DNA of 64,000 nt, from positions 24,552,001-24,616,000 of the forward strand of contig OZ320316.1 in NCBI GenBank assembly GCA_976226885.1. Direction: 5' to 3'. This document shows, piece after piece, positions 1-9,720 of this stretch. Source of the DNA: Iphione sp. A-MEVVRFRX5 (lineage: Eukaryota). Within the stretch, counting starts at the first letter, position 1; the number at the start of each line of letters is the position of its first letter. The notes below the pieces were generated by a model, which saw only the letters and a program-made list of their open reading frames with translations, was not told where the DNA came from and did no database searches. A program made the position numbers and the translations under genes.

Positions 1-796
1 AGTGATGTCGGCTGAGTCTGAATGATGTTCTCAAACCAGCGCTTAAATATTCCGGCCGACCCGAATATCATTGTGTGGTATTATATACAGTTGCTATGCA
101 GATCATCTTCCATCGCTTATCTGCAAAAACAGTCGTTCACTGCAGGTCACATTAACGCAATCGATTAAACTCGACACCGTTATTTTTTTTTATCCCGATA
201 GCTTAGAAAGTCACCAGACCTTAAATATGTAACATGGGAGACTTTCAATATTCAACAGTGATGTTTCAATTCTAAGCCCACGATCCGGTGGAAGAGCACT
301 CAAATAATTCCATTATGTATGTCGCTGCTTTCGCTGATCTGTTAAGTATTAAAAACGCCGTAACGGTCGTACAGAGAAACCCACTTTAAAACATACATAC
401 TTCGTGCATTTCTGGAGCGTTACGGTCCTTTGAGACGTTAAAGATTTATTTTAAGAGTTTTTGATACAATTCAGAACTGTCCTTTCAATAGTCCTTTGTT
501 TGCCGGGCTGCCCATTTGAATAAATTTGTAAAAATATTTATTGGCGGTAATGCGATATATTCATCTTGCTGTTACAAAACAAATTTCTCCTTCACAACCT
601 ATTTCCCTGTACGTCTATGCATCTGTAATGCACCAAAGTGAAATGAAAGCTGGGCGGGTATGAGATGTGCCTAACGTACGAATGGCAATTAAAAGATTTT
701 GCAGAACACGTGACACAGTAGTTTTGTGTGAAGCTCCTCATTCATATTATGAGCACGTACACATACTAAACGCGGGCTCACGTACACACACACGCG

Positions 797-936
797 NNNN
801 NNNNNNNNNNNNNNNNNNNNNNNNNNNNNNNNNNNNNNNNNNNNNNNNNNNNNNNNNNNNNNNNNNNNNNNNNNNNNNNNNNNNNNNNNNNNNNNNNNNN
901 NNNNNNNNNNNNNNNNNNNNNNNNNNNNNNNNNNNN
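797..936. other. Assembly gap (140 N) next to a short CA repeat
   Basis: Run of N directly visible. Confidence 0.99.
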
Positions 937-2171
937 GATATATGTTACAGTAAAGCAAGCACTAGTGTCCCGTGCAAGCCGTGTTCCGTTCGGTCGAAAT
1001 CGCTTTAAACGAGCAGCGTGACCGGCACATCCACGGCCGCAACCCGAAAACAGGATGGACCCAAGTCTAGCGTAATTAACGTCCAAGCCAATGACTAAAA
1101 TTGACTTAGTAGATGGTGCAAGTTATTTTTCCCTCCACCGTCAGCCTCGGGGATGCGCAGGTGGCTCTACTGCAGTGTTGAATTACTTATCAGACATGGG
1201 TCCACGGCTCCCAAACAATGAGGGAATAAGGTATGAGTTAATAAGAAAGCTATGATTTAGGGGGGCGGCGGTGGGGATGGTGAACGAGTGGGAGATATTG
1301 GTAGTGGGCGATAATGAGGATTAATGAATAAGAGCCTTCCTCTGCGGAGTCGCTGGTACAATGATGATTGGCCCATAAAGGATGCAGTTCACGCTACTTA
1401 ACGGAGCAGTCCTCCTCAACTATATACTAGTATAGCCCCCTACTCGCCGCGTCAGACAAAATAAATAGGCTTGGTGACAGAAGAAGACGGTACCGCAAGG
1501 GTCTCCATTCATTTAGGCAGACATCCTACCTTCATGTATGGGATGCGTCGTATAGTATGGTGGGGTGTCGCGATGCTTTCTGGCAATGAGGTCCCTGGTG
1601 GTTCGTGTTGCCCCAGGTGGCTGTATACAACAGGTGGTGGTGGCCCTGGCTTGAAGCGCATCTGCGCTATAATATGCGTCCTTCGACGAGGAATAGAGAC
1701 TTTTTATCTTTTATCTTCCATCTAGCTGCTGTTTAGACCTTGTCTCTAAAGGCTCGCCCTTTTCCTCAAGCAGGTTTTGGTAGATAAGAGATTAACATAG
1801 ATACTGTCCTTGAAAGGTATTTCTATAGCTTTGTCAGACGCTCATACACCATGGGTAAACTAACGCTGAAAGCATATGCTCTAACGTACATAACATTGCT
1901 GGAGTTCTGTCCATCACAGGTTGCTGTCACAGTGAGACAATGTTAGAATGGTCGTTTCAACCAAAAGGATTTCGGCAAAAACTCTTAACACATCAGTATA
2001 TCATGTTGGCTCTGGAGTGAAGAGGATTGTGACGTGTGACATTGAGCGATGGAGACTGAGAGGTTATAAGTAGGGGACTAGGAAAATAACATGATTAAAT
2101 GATTGAAGCACCATCTCTGTAATCTGCTTACTGAGCTTACTGGGAAAGAAGAACGGAGTGACAAATCATCT

Positions 2172-2631
2172 GGATACCCTTATCCGTGTATTCTTTATGT
2201 CAATCGTGAAGACTCCCCAGTGTCAGTATGATTTGTATGTGCAGTCCTAGAAAGATTACGACTCATTCGGAAGAAGAAATGTGAATTTTTCATCCCCCAT
2301 AAAGGTGTTAATGTCTTGTGATGCAGAAAAGCAACCTGATCTAAGGTTTGTTAGACACAAAGGCAACCAATGTTCGAGCTGATACAACATCTCTTCCTAA
2401 GTCATTTTGTAGCAGGCTCTCGATACAGAGATGCAAAAAGCCAGCCCCCGGATACCCTTATCCGTGTATTCTTTATGTCAATCGTGAAGACTCCCCAGTG
2501 TCAGTATGATTTGTATGTGCAGTCCTAGAAAGATTACGACTCATTCGGAAGAAGAAATGTGAATTTTTCATCCCCCATAAAGGTGTTAATGTCTTGTGAT
2601 GCAGAAAAGCAACCTGATCTAAGGTTTGTTA
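2172..2631. repeat. 182-bp direct duplication (2172-2353 and 2450-2631) separated by 96 bp
   Basis: Both copies run GGATACCCTTATCCGTG...CTAAGGTTTGTTA with no difference seen by eye. Confidence 0.9.
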
Positions 2632-3263
2632 ACCTACTTAGCGCAGCAGCTACTACATCATTCTTAATCTAGAGCTCAGTCTGTCTAGTCTAGCCTTTCC
2701 GATTCTGAATAACTAATGCTTCACGTGCTAGAACAGAGGAAACTGAGTAGGCCGGAGCAGGATTAATGACGCACAAGACGACCCCTAGTGGAGGTAGGTA
2801 TAGACGAAAGGTACTGTGATCTTAAAGCCATGTTCTGTACATAAGACGATGTGAGGACATCACAAACACACACACATACATACACACACACTGTCTCTCT
2901 ATGGACGGATGGATTGATGGAAGAGTGGGGGACCTAGACCTTCTATTCCACTTGCGTGCTCACAACATCAGACAGGTAGCAGCATATATAGCCTGGAGGC
3001 ATTACTTGATGGCTCTGGTAGTGCGCAATCAGGAGATACGTATGTCGATGAGCAATCGGTAATAAAGCTTGTGGAAGGAAAAGAGCTAGCATGATCAAAG
3101 AACACGCGATATCTATCCAAATATACATGTACATAGAGGTATGGATGGTAAACTAAAGTTTGTCATAGAGCATGAGATGATTAGAAGACATTTTTATGAA
3201 TACATCGTGCCGTGGCTAGCATGAACGTTCTTATTCTTGACCGACACAAGTTTGTGTAATTCT

Positions 3264-3278
3264 GACATGGCGGAGTGA
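3264..3278 (+). promoter_or_regulatory. GACATGGCGGAGT motif (YY1-like) with uORF ATG GCG GAG TGA
   Basis: Identical 13-mer at 52397 upstream of ORF1 of element B; the ATGGCGG core matches the reverse YY1 consensus CCGCCAT. Confidence 0.5.
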
Positions 3279-3574
3279 GGAGGTGACTGCGCGCAGCCTG
3301 TGCGTTTATTGTCGGGTATCGACAGTAGACAAAAGATTTGAAACTAACAATTTGCTTAAATGTGTTAGTTATATTGTCTGATACTGACGAAGGAGTTAGG
3401 AGGCATATCATATTGATTCTGGACGTTTATTTGTGAATTTCTTTTGGACGGGTCGTGCTGGGCGACAATAGGTGAGAAGCGGCTACCGGTGGATCTACCG
3501 CTGAACCAGGTTATACGTGACAACTGTTACCAAGTTGATACCAAGTTCGGGCTGTGCTGTGGTTCAGCTCCACA

Positions 3575-5653
3575 ATGGCTACTAGTGGACACCGACCAGA
3601 CGGAGAACCGGTAAAACAGGACGGAACTCCAAATACAACTGGACCACAAGGAGAAAAACGGAAAGATGTGAGTCCCCTCGACCGAGACCCTAAACAGCAG
3701 GTAACTGAGAATTTGCTTACGGGGATTAATATCTCGTTGAAGGGAGGTGCAGAAGACAGTGGTATCAAACAGGCCTTGGATCGTATATTCCAGGAGCTTC
3801 AAATAAGGGATGAATCCATGAAAGCTAGGGATAAAGAACTACACAGTAAAATGGATTCCATTATACAAATCTGTGACAATAATATAAGTGAATTATCAGA
3901 TTTGATACGTCAAAATACAGATGATATCGAAGAGCTTAGAAAAGATGTCACTACCGCCAACAACCGTATACAGGACCTGGAAAATAAGAATTCCGCCATT
4001 CAGGGACAGATAGCGGGAATTACAGGCGGGGGAAGCAGTTTAACATCGTTGCAAAAGAGATGTGAGATCTTGGATAGGCAATTAAGACGGAAAAATGTCT
4101 ATATCGAAGGATTGGCTGAGAGGCACGGTGAAAATGTAATTCGCTCAGTGATTGACTTATGTAAGTCAATTAAAGTGGATTTGAAGAAAAGTGACATTGA
4201 CTTTGCTTATCGTACTGCTAGGCGTAACCAGGCTGGTATGAGGGGCATATTTGTCAAATTTATGTCTTCAGGTACGAAGGAGGTAGTCATGAATGCTAAA
4301 AGGAGACTACGTGGACAGAACGTTTGGGTGAATAATGACTGGACACCTGTGCAGAGAGAGCAGGCAAAACAGCGAAGACTAGACCGGTTGGCTAGGCCGA
4401 CCACTTGGGCCAATGCTGTCCGGGGGCAGGGAGCTGAGCAAAACCAACCCGGTAATAACAATGCGGACGGGATGATACCCTTGACAAGTGGTACAAACAG
4501 TGTAGCCTTACAACAATCAGATAGGCAGATGGCAAGATCTGATGCTACTGATGGTGATTCTATGGATGTTTCGTCCGATGATGATGATGGGGGGTCAAGT
4601 TCTGACACAGATTCGACTAAGAGTCAAGAATCAGTTGGCCAGAGGCCCTCACTTATGGCACCTATTCCAAAGTTACTGGTTCCAAAGCTACCGATGTCGG
4701 TGGGGGGTCGGAGGAGGGTGGGTCCTGCGCCGGGCAGGGGCAAACCAACTGCTAGAATGGCGGGCGGTAAGTCGCCGGTAGCAGGTACGCCCACCCCTCT
4801 CCCCACCCCTCCCATTACTGGACCTGGTAGCAGGGGTGTGGACCCCATGGTTCACGTGTCCAGACCAGGGCCTGATCCCCAAGTGAAGACCACGAAACCA
4901 GAGAAAACAGACGTGGATTCGAGTCAACCAGTCGTAGGTCCGGCAGCGGCTGTCCCTGGGCAGGGAGTGGCACACAAGCCAACACTGGCTACCTCTAAAG
5001 CATCGATAGTGGTCAACAAACATGGTATCGCTGTGGGTACTAGGAAGTTACCTGATAAAGAAACACCAGTGTCTGTCACTTCCGTAACCACTGGAGTCAC
5101 GGAGTTGTCAAATACAGAAGTTGCTGTGGCCGACACTTCTGCAACCTCGTGCTCACCTACATCGTCCACTGGGTCGCCGGCGGGTAAGCAAAAACTTTTC
5201 TTCCTGGACCCGAAAGGCTCTAGGTTGGCATATGACTATGAGGAGCGTCTGATGTGGCATGGGGCCTATTATATGTCGGCAGCGCATGCCTATTACTACG
5301 AAGCCGCCATGCAGTCGAAGCAGGAGCGATTGGGAGCCAATATAAAGAAAGCGACTAGTACTGCAAAAATAGACAAGTTGAGTGAAAAGCTACCAGTTAT
5401 GCATCACTGGGAGTCCACAAAGCTGTCTGTTTTACGTGTTATTCTGACAGAAAAATTTCAACAGGATAAGCGAGCTAAAAACGATCTATTAGCAACTGAT
5501 GATGACAGGATTGTGATCCTGTCTCAAGATACTTTTTGGGGCTCTGGGGTTTTGCCAGGGGCGTCAAAAAGGGAAAAATACGGGTTCAGTGGCCTGAACC
5601 ATTATGGGTGTTTGTTAAGCGCAATTCGAAATGAATTCCGAGGAAAAACCTGA
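3575..5653 (+). CDS. Element A ORF1p: coiled coil + L1/transposase_22-type RRM + long low-complexity linker + C-terminal NADAR-like domain
   Basis: First ATG at 3575 in good Kozak context (ACAATGG); the track start at 3554 is non-ATG. Heptad region, then LDRQLRRKNVYIEGLAE...RGIFVKF...VWVNNDW. C-terminus WESTKLSVL..EKFQQ..LLATD..DTFWGSG..GLNHYGCLLSAIR matches the YbiA/NADAR pattern. Confidence 0.85.
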   Translation: MATSGHRPDGEPVKQDGTPNTTGPQGEKRKDVSPLDRDPKQQVTENLLTGINISLKGGAEDSGIKQALDRIFQELQIRDESMKARDKELHSKMDSIIQICDNNISELSDLIRQNTDDIEELRKDVTTANNRIQDLENKNSAIQGQIAGITGGGSSLTSLQKRCEILDRQLRRKNVYIEGLAERHGENVIRSVIDLCKSIKVDLKKSDIDFAYRTARRNQAGMRGIFVKFMSSGTKEVVMNAKRRLRGQNVWVNNDWTPVQREQAKQRRLDRLARPTTWANAVRGQGAEQNQPGNNNADGMIPLTSGTNSVALQQSDRQMARSDATDGDSMDVSSDDDDGGSSSDTDSTKSQESVGQRPSLMAPIPKLLVPKLPMSVGGRRRVGPAPGRGKPTARMAGGKSPVAGTPTPLPTPPITGPGSRGVDPMVHVSRPGPDPQVKTTKPEKTDVDSSQPVVGPAAAVPGQGVAHKPTLATSKASIVVNKHGIAVGTRKLPDKETPVSVTSVTTGVTELSNTEVAVADTSATSCSPTSSTGSPAGKQKLFFLDPKGSRLAYDYEERLMWHGAYYMSAAHAYYYEAAMQSKQERLGANIKKATSTAKIDKLSEKLPVMHHWESTKLSVLRVILTEKFQQDKRAKNDLLATDDDRIVILSQDTFWGSGVLPGASKREKYGFSGLNHYGCLLSAIRNEFRGKT

Positions 5654-5772
5654 GAATGTAGTTGTATATGTATTTGAGCGTTTGTTGACTTGTATCAAAA
5701 TGTTGTTTTTTCTTCAACCATAGACTTTTTTCAACTCTCCGTCCTGGAATTCACATTGGTATTATCACGACA

Positions 5773-6492
5773 ATGAACCGGAGGCCTCCATCTTTAAACA
5801 TCCCGCGTGGCTGTCGAGGGTTTCCTGATATTGTGGTGGTGACAGATAGCCATGGCAAGCACCTTGTTGATGATTTTGCAGAGATGATGTTCTATCGCGC
5901 AGCTGTGATGGTAATTCCGGGAGCCGGTCTGGGTTCAGCACTCCAGGTAGGAGTAGAACTATGCAAATATTATAATTTCAGGTACTTGTTTGTCCTCGCT
6001 GGAATAGCGGACATTACAAAACTTTACAAGTTTGCATCAGCTCGAGCTGGGAAACCGTCAGGTATGGTTTGTACCCGGCATCTGACTACTGAGGAAGGTA
6101 AAAATGCCTTACTTGAACTGTTTAAGACAGATGTACCCAGGGCTAGAAGTGAGCTGAATCTGATCGGCACAAAGTTGGTGATATCTTCCATCTTTGGAAT
6201 GTCTTACAGTGATTACAACAAATATAGGTTTGGCTTTCAGGTGCGGCGGAGTAGCAGTATCGTGTTCCAACGAATAATCAATGACTGTGTATTATATCTA
6301 AATTGGTTAATTCGTTGTGTCAATAGCTCCCATGGCCAGTATACAGTACCTATTTATGCAATTGTACATAAGAGAGATAAGGGCCGCTATAGGCATAAAT
6401 ACTGTAGGCTAGAGGATGGTGTGCACTTAAAAAGGAACTATAGCCAAGTGTTATCATGCCAGATATGTCGATACCTGGCTCAACTATACTAG
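5773..6492 (+). CDS. Element A ORF2: stand-alone SGNH/GDSL-type esterase (239 aa)
   Basis: SGNH blocks in the right order: I VVTDSHG, II IPGA, III LAGIAD, V EDGVH. Confidence 0.8.
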   Translation: MNRRPPSLNIPRGCRGFPDIVVVTDSHGKHLVDDFAEMMFYRAAVMVIPGAGLGSALQVGVELCKYYNFRYLFVLAGIADITKLYKFASARAGKPSGMVCTRHLTTEEGKNALLELFKTDVPRARSELNLIGTKLVISSIFGMSYSDYNKYRFGFQVRRSSSIVFQRIINDCVLYLNWLIRCVNSSHGQYTVPIYAIVHKRDKGRYRHKYCRLEDGVHLKRNYSQVLSCQICRYLAQLY

Positions 6493-6672
6493 TATGGCAA
6501 ATTTTTGATGTTACTAGAGGGAGCACAGGCTACCATGTCAGATTGAAATTTTTCTTTTATTTAATTATAATATGTTTTCTATACAGCTATTTAGCAACAT
6601 TGTTTATGTGTTCACCGCATATTTTGACGTTATGTTCATATAAGGCATGTGGGATATAACTAAACTGGATCG

Positions 6673-9469
6673 ATGTTGTTGATTACTTATATCAATGTGC
6701 GTAGCTTATTGAGAAATTGGGATGATTTTGTTTTGTTTATAGAAATGCATAATATTGATGTTTGTTTTGTGGCAGAAACTTGGTTAGATACTTCAGTTAC
6801 AAATGCAGCTTTAACTCTAAAAGGGTATAATTTTACTAGGGTAGATCGTGAAGTAGGAGTAAGATTGAAAGGGGGAGGGATGATGGTATATTACAAAACA
6901 GAAATATCTCATATAATAGACTATAATGATGAGAATTTGATAGCTGATCATGATTTTGAAATATTGCCAATAGTGATTAAGACTAACAATGTACAGATAC
7001 ATTGTATTGGATGTTACAGGCCGCCAAGAGGTAACTTGGATATTGCAATCAATAAGTTACATAAAGCTACGTCAAAGAATAAAATGGTATACTCACATTT
7101 CGTGGTATTGGGTGATTTCAATGTTAATTATAATAGGGTTGAGAGGGATTATGACAAATTGGAGAAGTTTACCCTGAAGAGCGGGGCGGTACAATTAATT
7201 CGGGATGAGACTAGGGTAACTTCTAGATCGAGAACATTGATAGATTTGATTTTTACAAACATTAGTCATAAACTAGAAGACGTCCGCTGTGTTGATGCCT
7301 CCTTTTCTGACCATAGAGCCATAATGTGTATGATTGTTAATAAACAAGGCGATCTAAGACATGATTACGTCCATATCCGAAAGCGGGATATTGCCCACAT
7401 TGAAGATTTTTACAGTAGAGCGAAGGAGGGGATCAATGCCTTGAATAATAAGCCTAGGGATCTCCAGAGTAAATGGACAGCGATTAAATCATGTCTGCTG
7501 ATTTTATATGACATTTACAATCCAAAGAAAAGACTACGATTTAGAGGAGGAAGAAAATGTTGGATGTCGGAAGAACTCTTAGAAATAATTAGGGAGAGGA
7601 ATAGACTGTACAGAATAGCTAGATGCAGAGGGGGTCTGGAATAGTGATTGGCTTATAAGGTCAAAAGGAAGTCCGTGAATAAGCAGATTAGATTAGCCAA
7701 GAAAAAGTATATTAGCAAACTATTAAAGGAAAAGGAAGGGGACCCTGCTAAGTATTGGTATACTTTAAAAACCAACCTTGGACTAGGAAATGAGAGTAAA
7801 GTAGATATTACATTATCTATTGATGGGGAATTGATAAGGGGGGACAAGGTTCCGGATAAATTAAATGGATTTTTTCTAAATGTGGGTTCCAGTGTTCTGC
7901 AAACTCTAGGCGTGCACCCAGTAGAGAACATAGGTATGGATAGGGTGAGAGTCGTTATGCAAGAAAATTTTGCGGCTAACAAGGAGCAGGTGATTAGACT
8001 AATCAAATTACTGCAGGAAACGAAACCTTCAGGGATGGGGGACTTGCGAGTTAACCATGTAAAAAATATCATGCTTAATTCTATAGATGTGTTTGTTGAC
8101 ATGTTTAATCAAAGCTTTAGGCAAAGTGAAATACCCTGGGAGTGGAAGTTAGCTAGGGTGTGTCCCTTATGGAAAGGAGGTAATAGAAAAGACACGGGTA
8201 ACTATAGACCCATAAGTGTCCTGAGCATTGTCTCTAAAGTTGTAGAAAAAATAGTTCATAAGCATATCTTCCACTATTTAAATGAGCACAGGTTATTAAC
8301 CCCAAGCCAGTTTGGCTTTAGGCCGGGGTGCTCCACAGAGTCGGCAATTATAGCTTTAACAGACAAAATTCATGAAGGTTTGAATAATAATATGAGGGTG
8401 TTGGGACTATTTATCGATTTTAAAAAAGCTTTCGACTCTGTGGATCACTCCGTGCTGTTGTACAAGCTGGAGATGACTGGCATTGTTAGACGAAATTTAG
8501 AATGGATTAAGGAATACTTGCGACATAGAAGGCAATACGTGTCATGTAATGGGAGTAGGTCAGAAATGGGTGATATAACATGTGGTGTCCCCCAGGGGTC
8601 GATACTTGGTCCCCTCCTTTTTCTTATTTTTATGAATGATCTCCCAAAGGTCATGGTGGGATATGATTGTTATATGTACGCGGATGATGTGGCTCTAATA
8701 ATTATGGGAAGGGATGATAATGATTTGAGAGAACATGTCCAAAATGTGGGTAAAAAGTTTATGCTATGGGCTAAATCGTCTAGGATTATGGTAAATATGA
8801 AAAAAAACTAAGGGGGTATATTTTTCATATCGTAGGAGGACGGCAAGACCCCTGGGGGATCAAGTAAAGTTTGGAGATGGACTAATTGATATGGTTGACA
8901 ACTTTGAATACCTTGGCGTAGTATTGGATAGTACTTTGACAATGACAGCTGCTTGTAAGAAGATATCTCATAAAGTCATGGGTAGATTAACGTACTATAG
9001 GAAAATTAGGTATTTACTTGACATGGAAACTGCTATCAGGGTGGCACGTACTATGATCCTCCCAATTGTTGACTATGCTAGTGTTATCCATACAAATGTA
9101 AAATCTAAACCATTCATGAAGTTAATGAGTATACGTAAGACAGTGATTAACTTAGCATTTGGGTTTAAGAGATATACCAAAGCAGAAATAACGGCAGACT
9201 TTTTGATGAGAAGGGATCAGAAACTGCTTCGTGTTTGTTACAATGAAGTGGAACCGATACACAGAGTAAGAGTCACTAGAGATGGCCTGAGGAGGAAGCT
9301 TCGAGTATCAAAACCAAACAAGGAGATGTTCAAAAGGTCTATAAGATATGCAATGAAGCAATTGTGGGAAAAATTACCTCTGAATATTACCATGTTAGCA
9401 TTGAAGGATTATATAAACAGGGTTAGAACCCTGGGGCAAGTGTATGCCCTTTCTTATAAGGTACAGTAG
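6673..9469 (+). pseudogene. Element A ORF3: APE endonuclease + reverse transcriptase, disrupted (TAG TGA at 7642-7647; +1 frameshift in A8 run 8800-8807)
   Basis: APE motifs NVRSL, ETWL, YRPP, LGDFN, IDLIF, SDH. RT motifs YRPISVL, QFGFRPG, FIDFKKAFDSVDH, GVPQGSILGP, YADD, FEYLG. Removing one A restores NMKKTKG and gives about 931 codons. Confidence 0.93.
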
Positions 9470-9608
9470 AGTAAGAGTATAGTGTGTATCCCCTGTAGGA
9501 TGGATTTGTGATATCTCTGCTGTTATCTTATTCTGTTCTATCAGCAAATCTTCTACAGTGAAAAATGAAAGTAAAGAAGTATCTGTTTGTTCACAAAATA
9601 TTATGACT

Positions 9609-9720
9609 TGATCTGGGGTAAAGCCGCGATCAAAAAAATTTCCATGATCTGGGGTAAAGCCACGATCAAAACTACCATTGAATCTTCCAAAATGGCCGTA
9701 TGGGGCTAAGCCGCTACGCC
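9609..9720 (+). other. Three related RNA stem-loops in the 3' UTR of element A
   Basis: TGATC-TGG-GGT-AAA-GCC-GC-GATCA (from 9609), TGATC-TGG-GGT-AAA-GCC-AC-GATCA (from 9645), CGTA-TGG-GGC-TAA-GCC-GC-TACG (from 9697). Confidence 0.7.

Noticed and set aside
1740-2700. Possible DIRS/Gypsy remnant on the minus strand (LGRDVV..TLVAFVSNK)
   Set aside because: Similarity too fragmentary to assign.
3511-5169. Several minus-strand and alternate-frame ORFs overlapping element A ORF1 (e.g. 4207-4608, 4688-5023)
   Set aside because: Shadows of a GC-rich coding region; no motifs.
8797-8811. Programmed ribosomal frameshift at the A8 run
   Set aside because: It falls inside the RT C-terminal region, element B has no shift at the equivalent position, and a single-A indel explains it.
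9609-9720. CRISPR-like repeat-spacer pattern
   Set aside because: Only two near-identical units with a 9-nt spacer, eukaryotic context and no cas genes; better explained as 3'-UTR hairpins.
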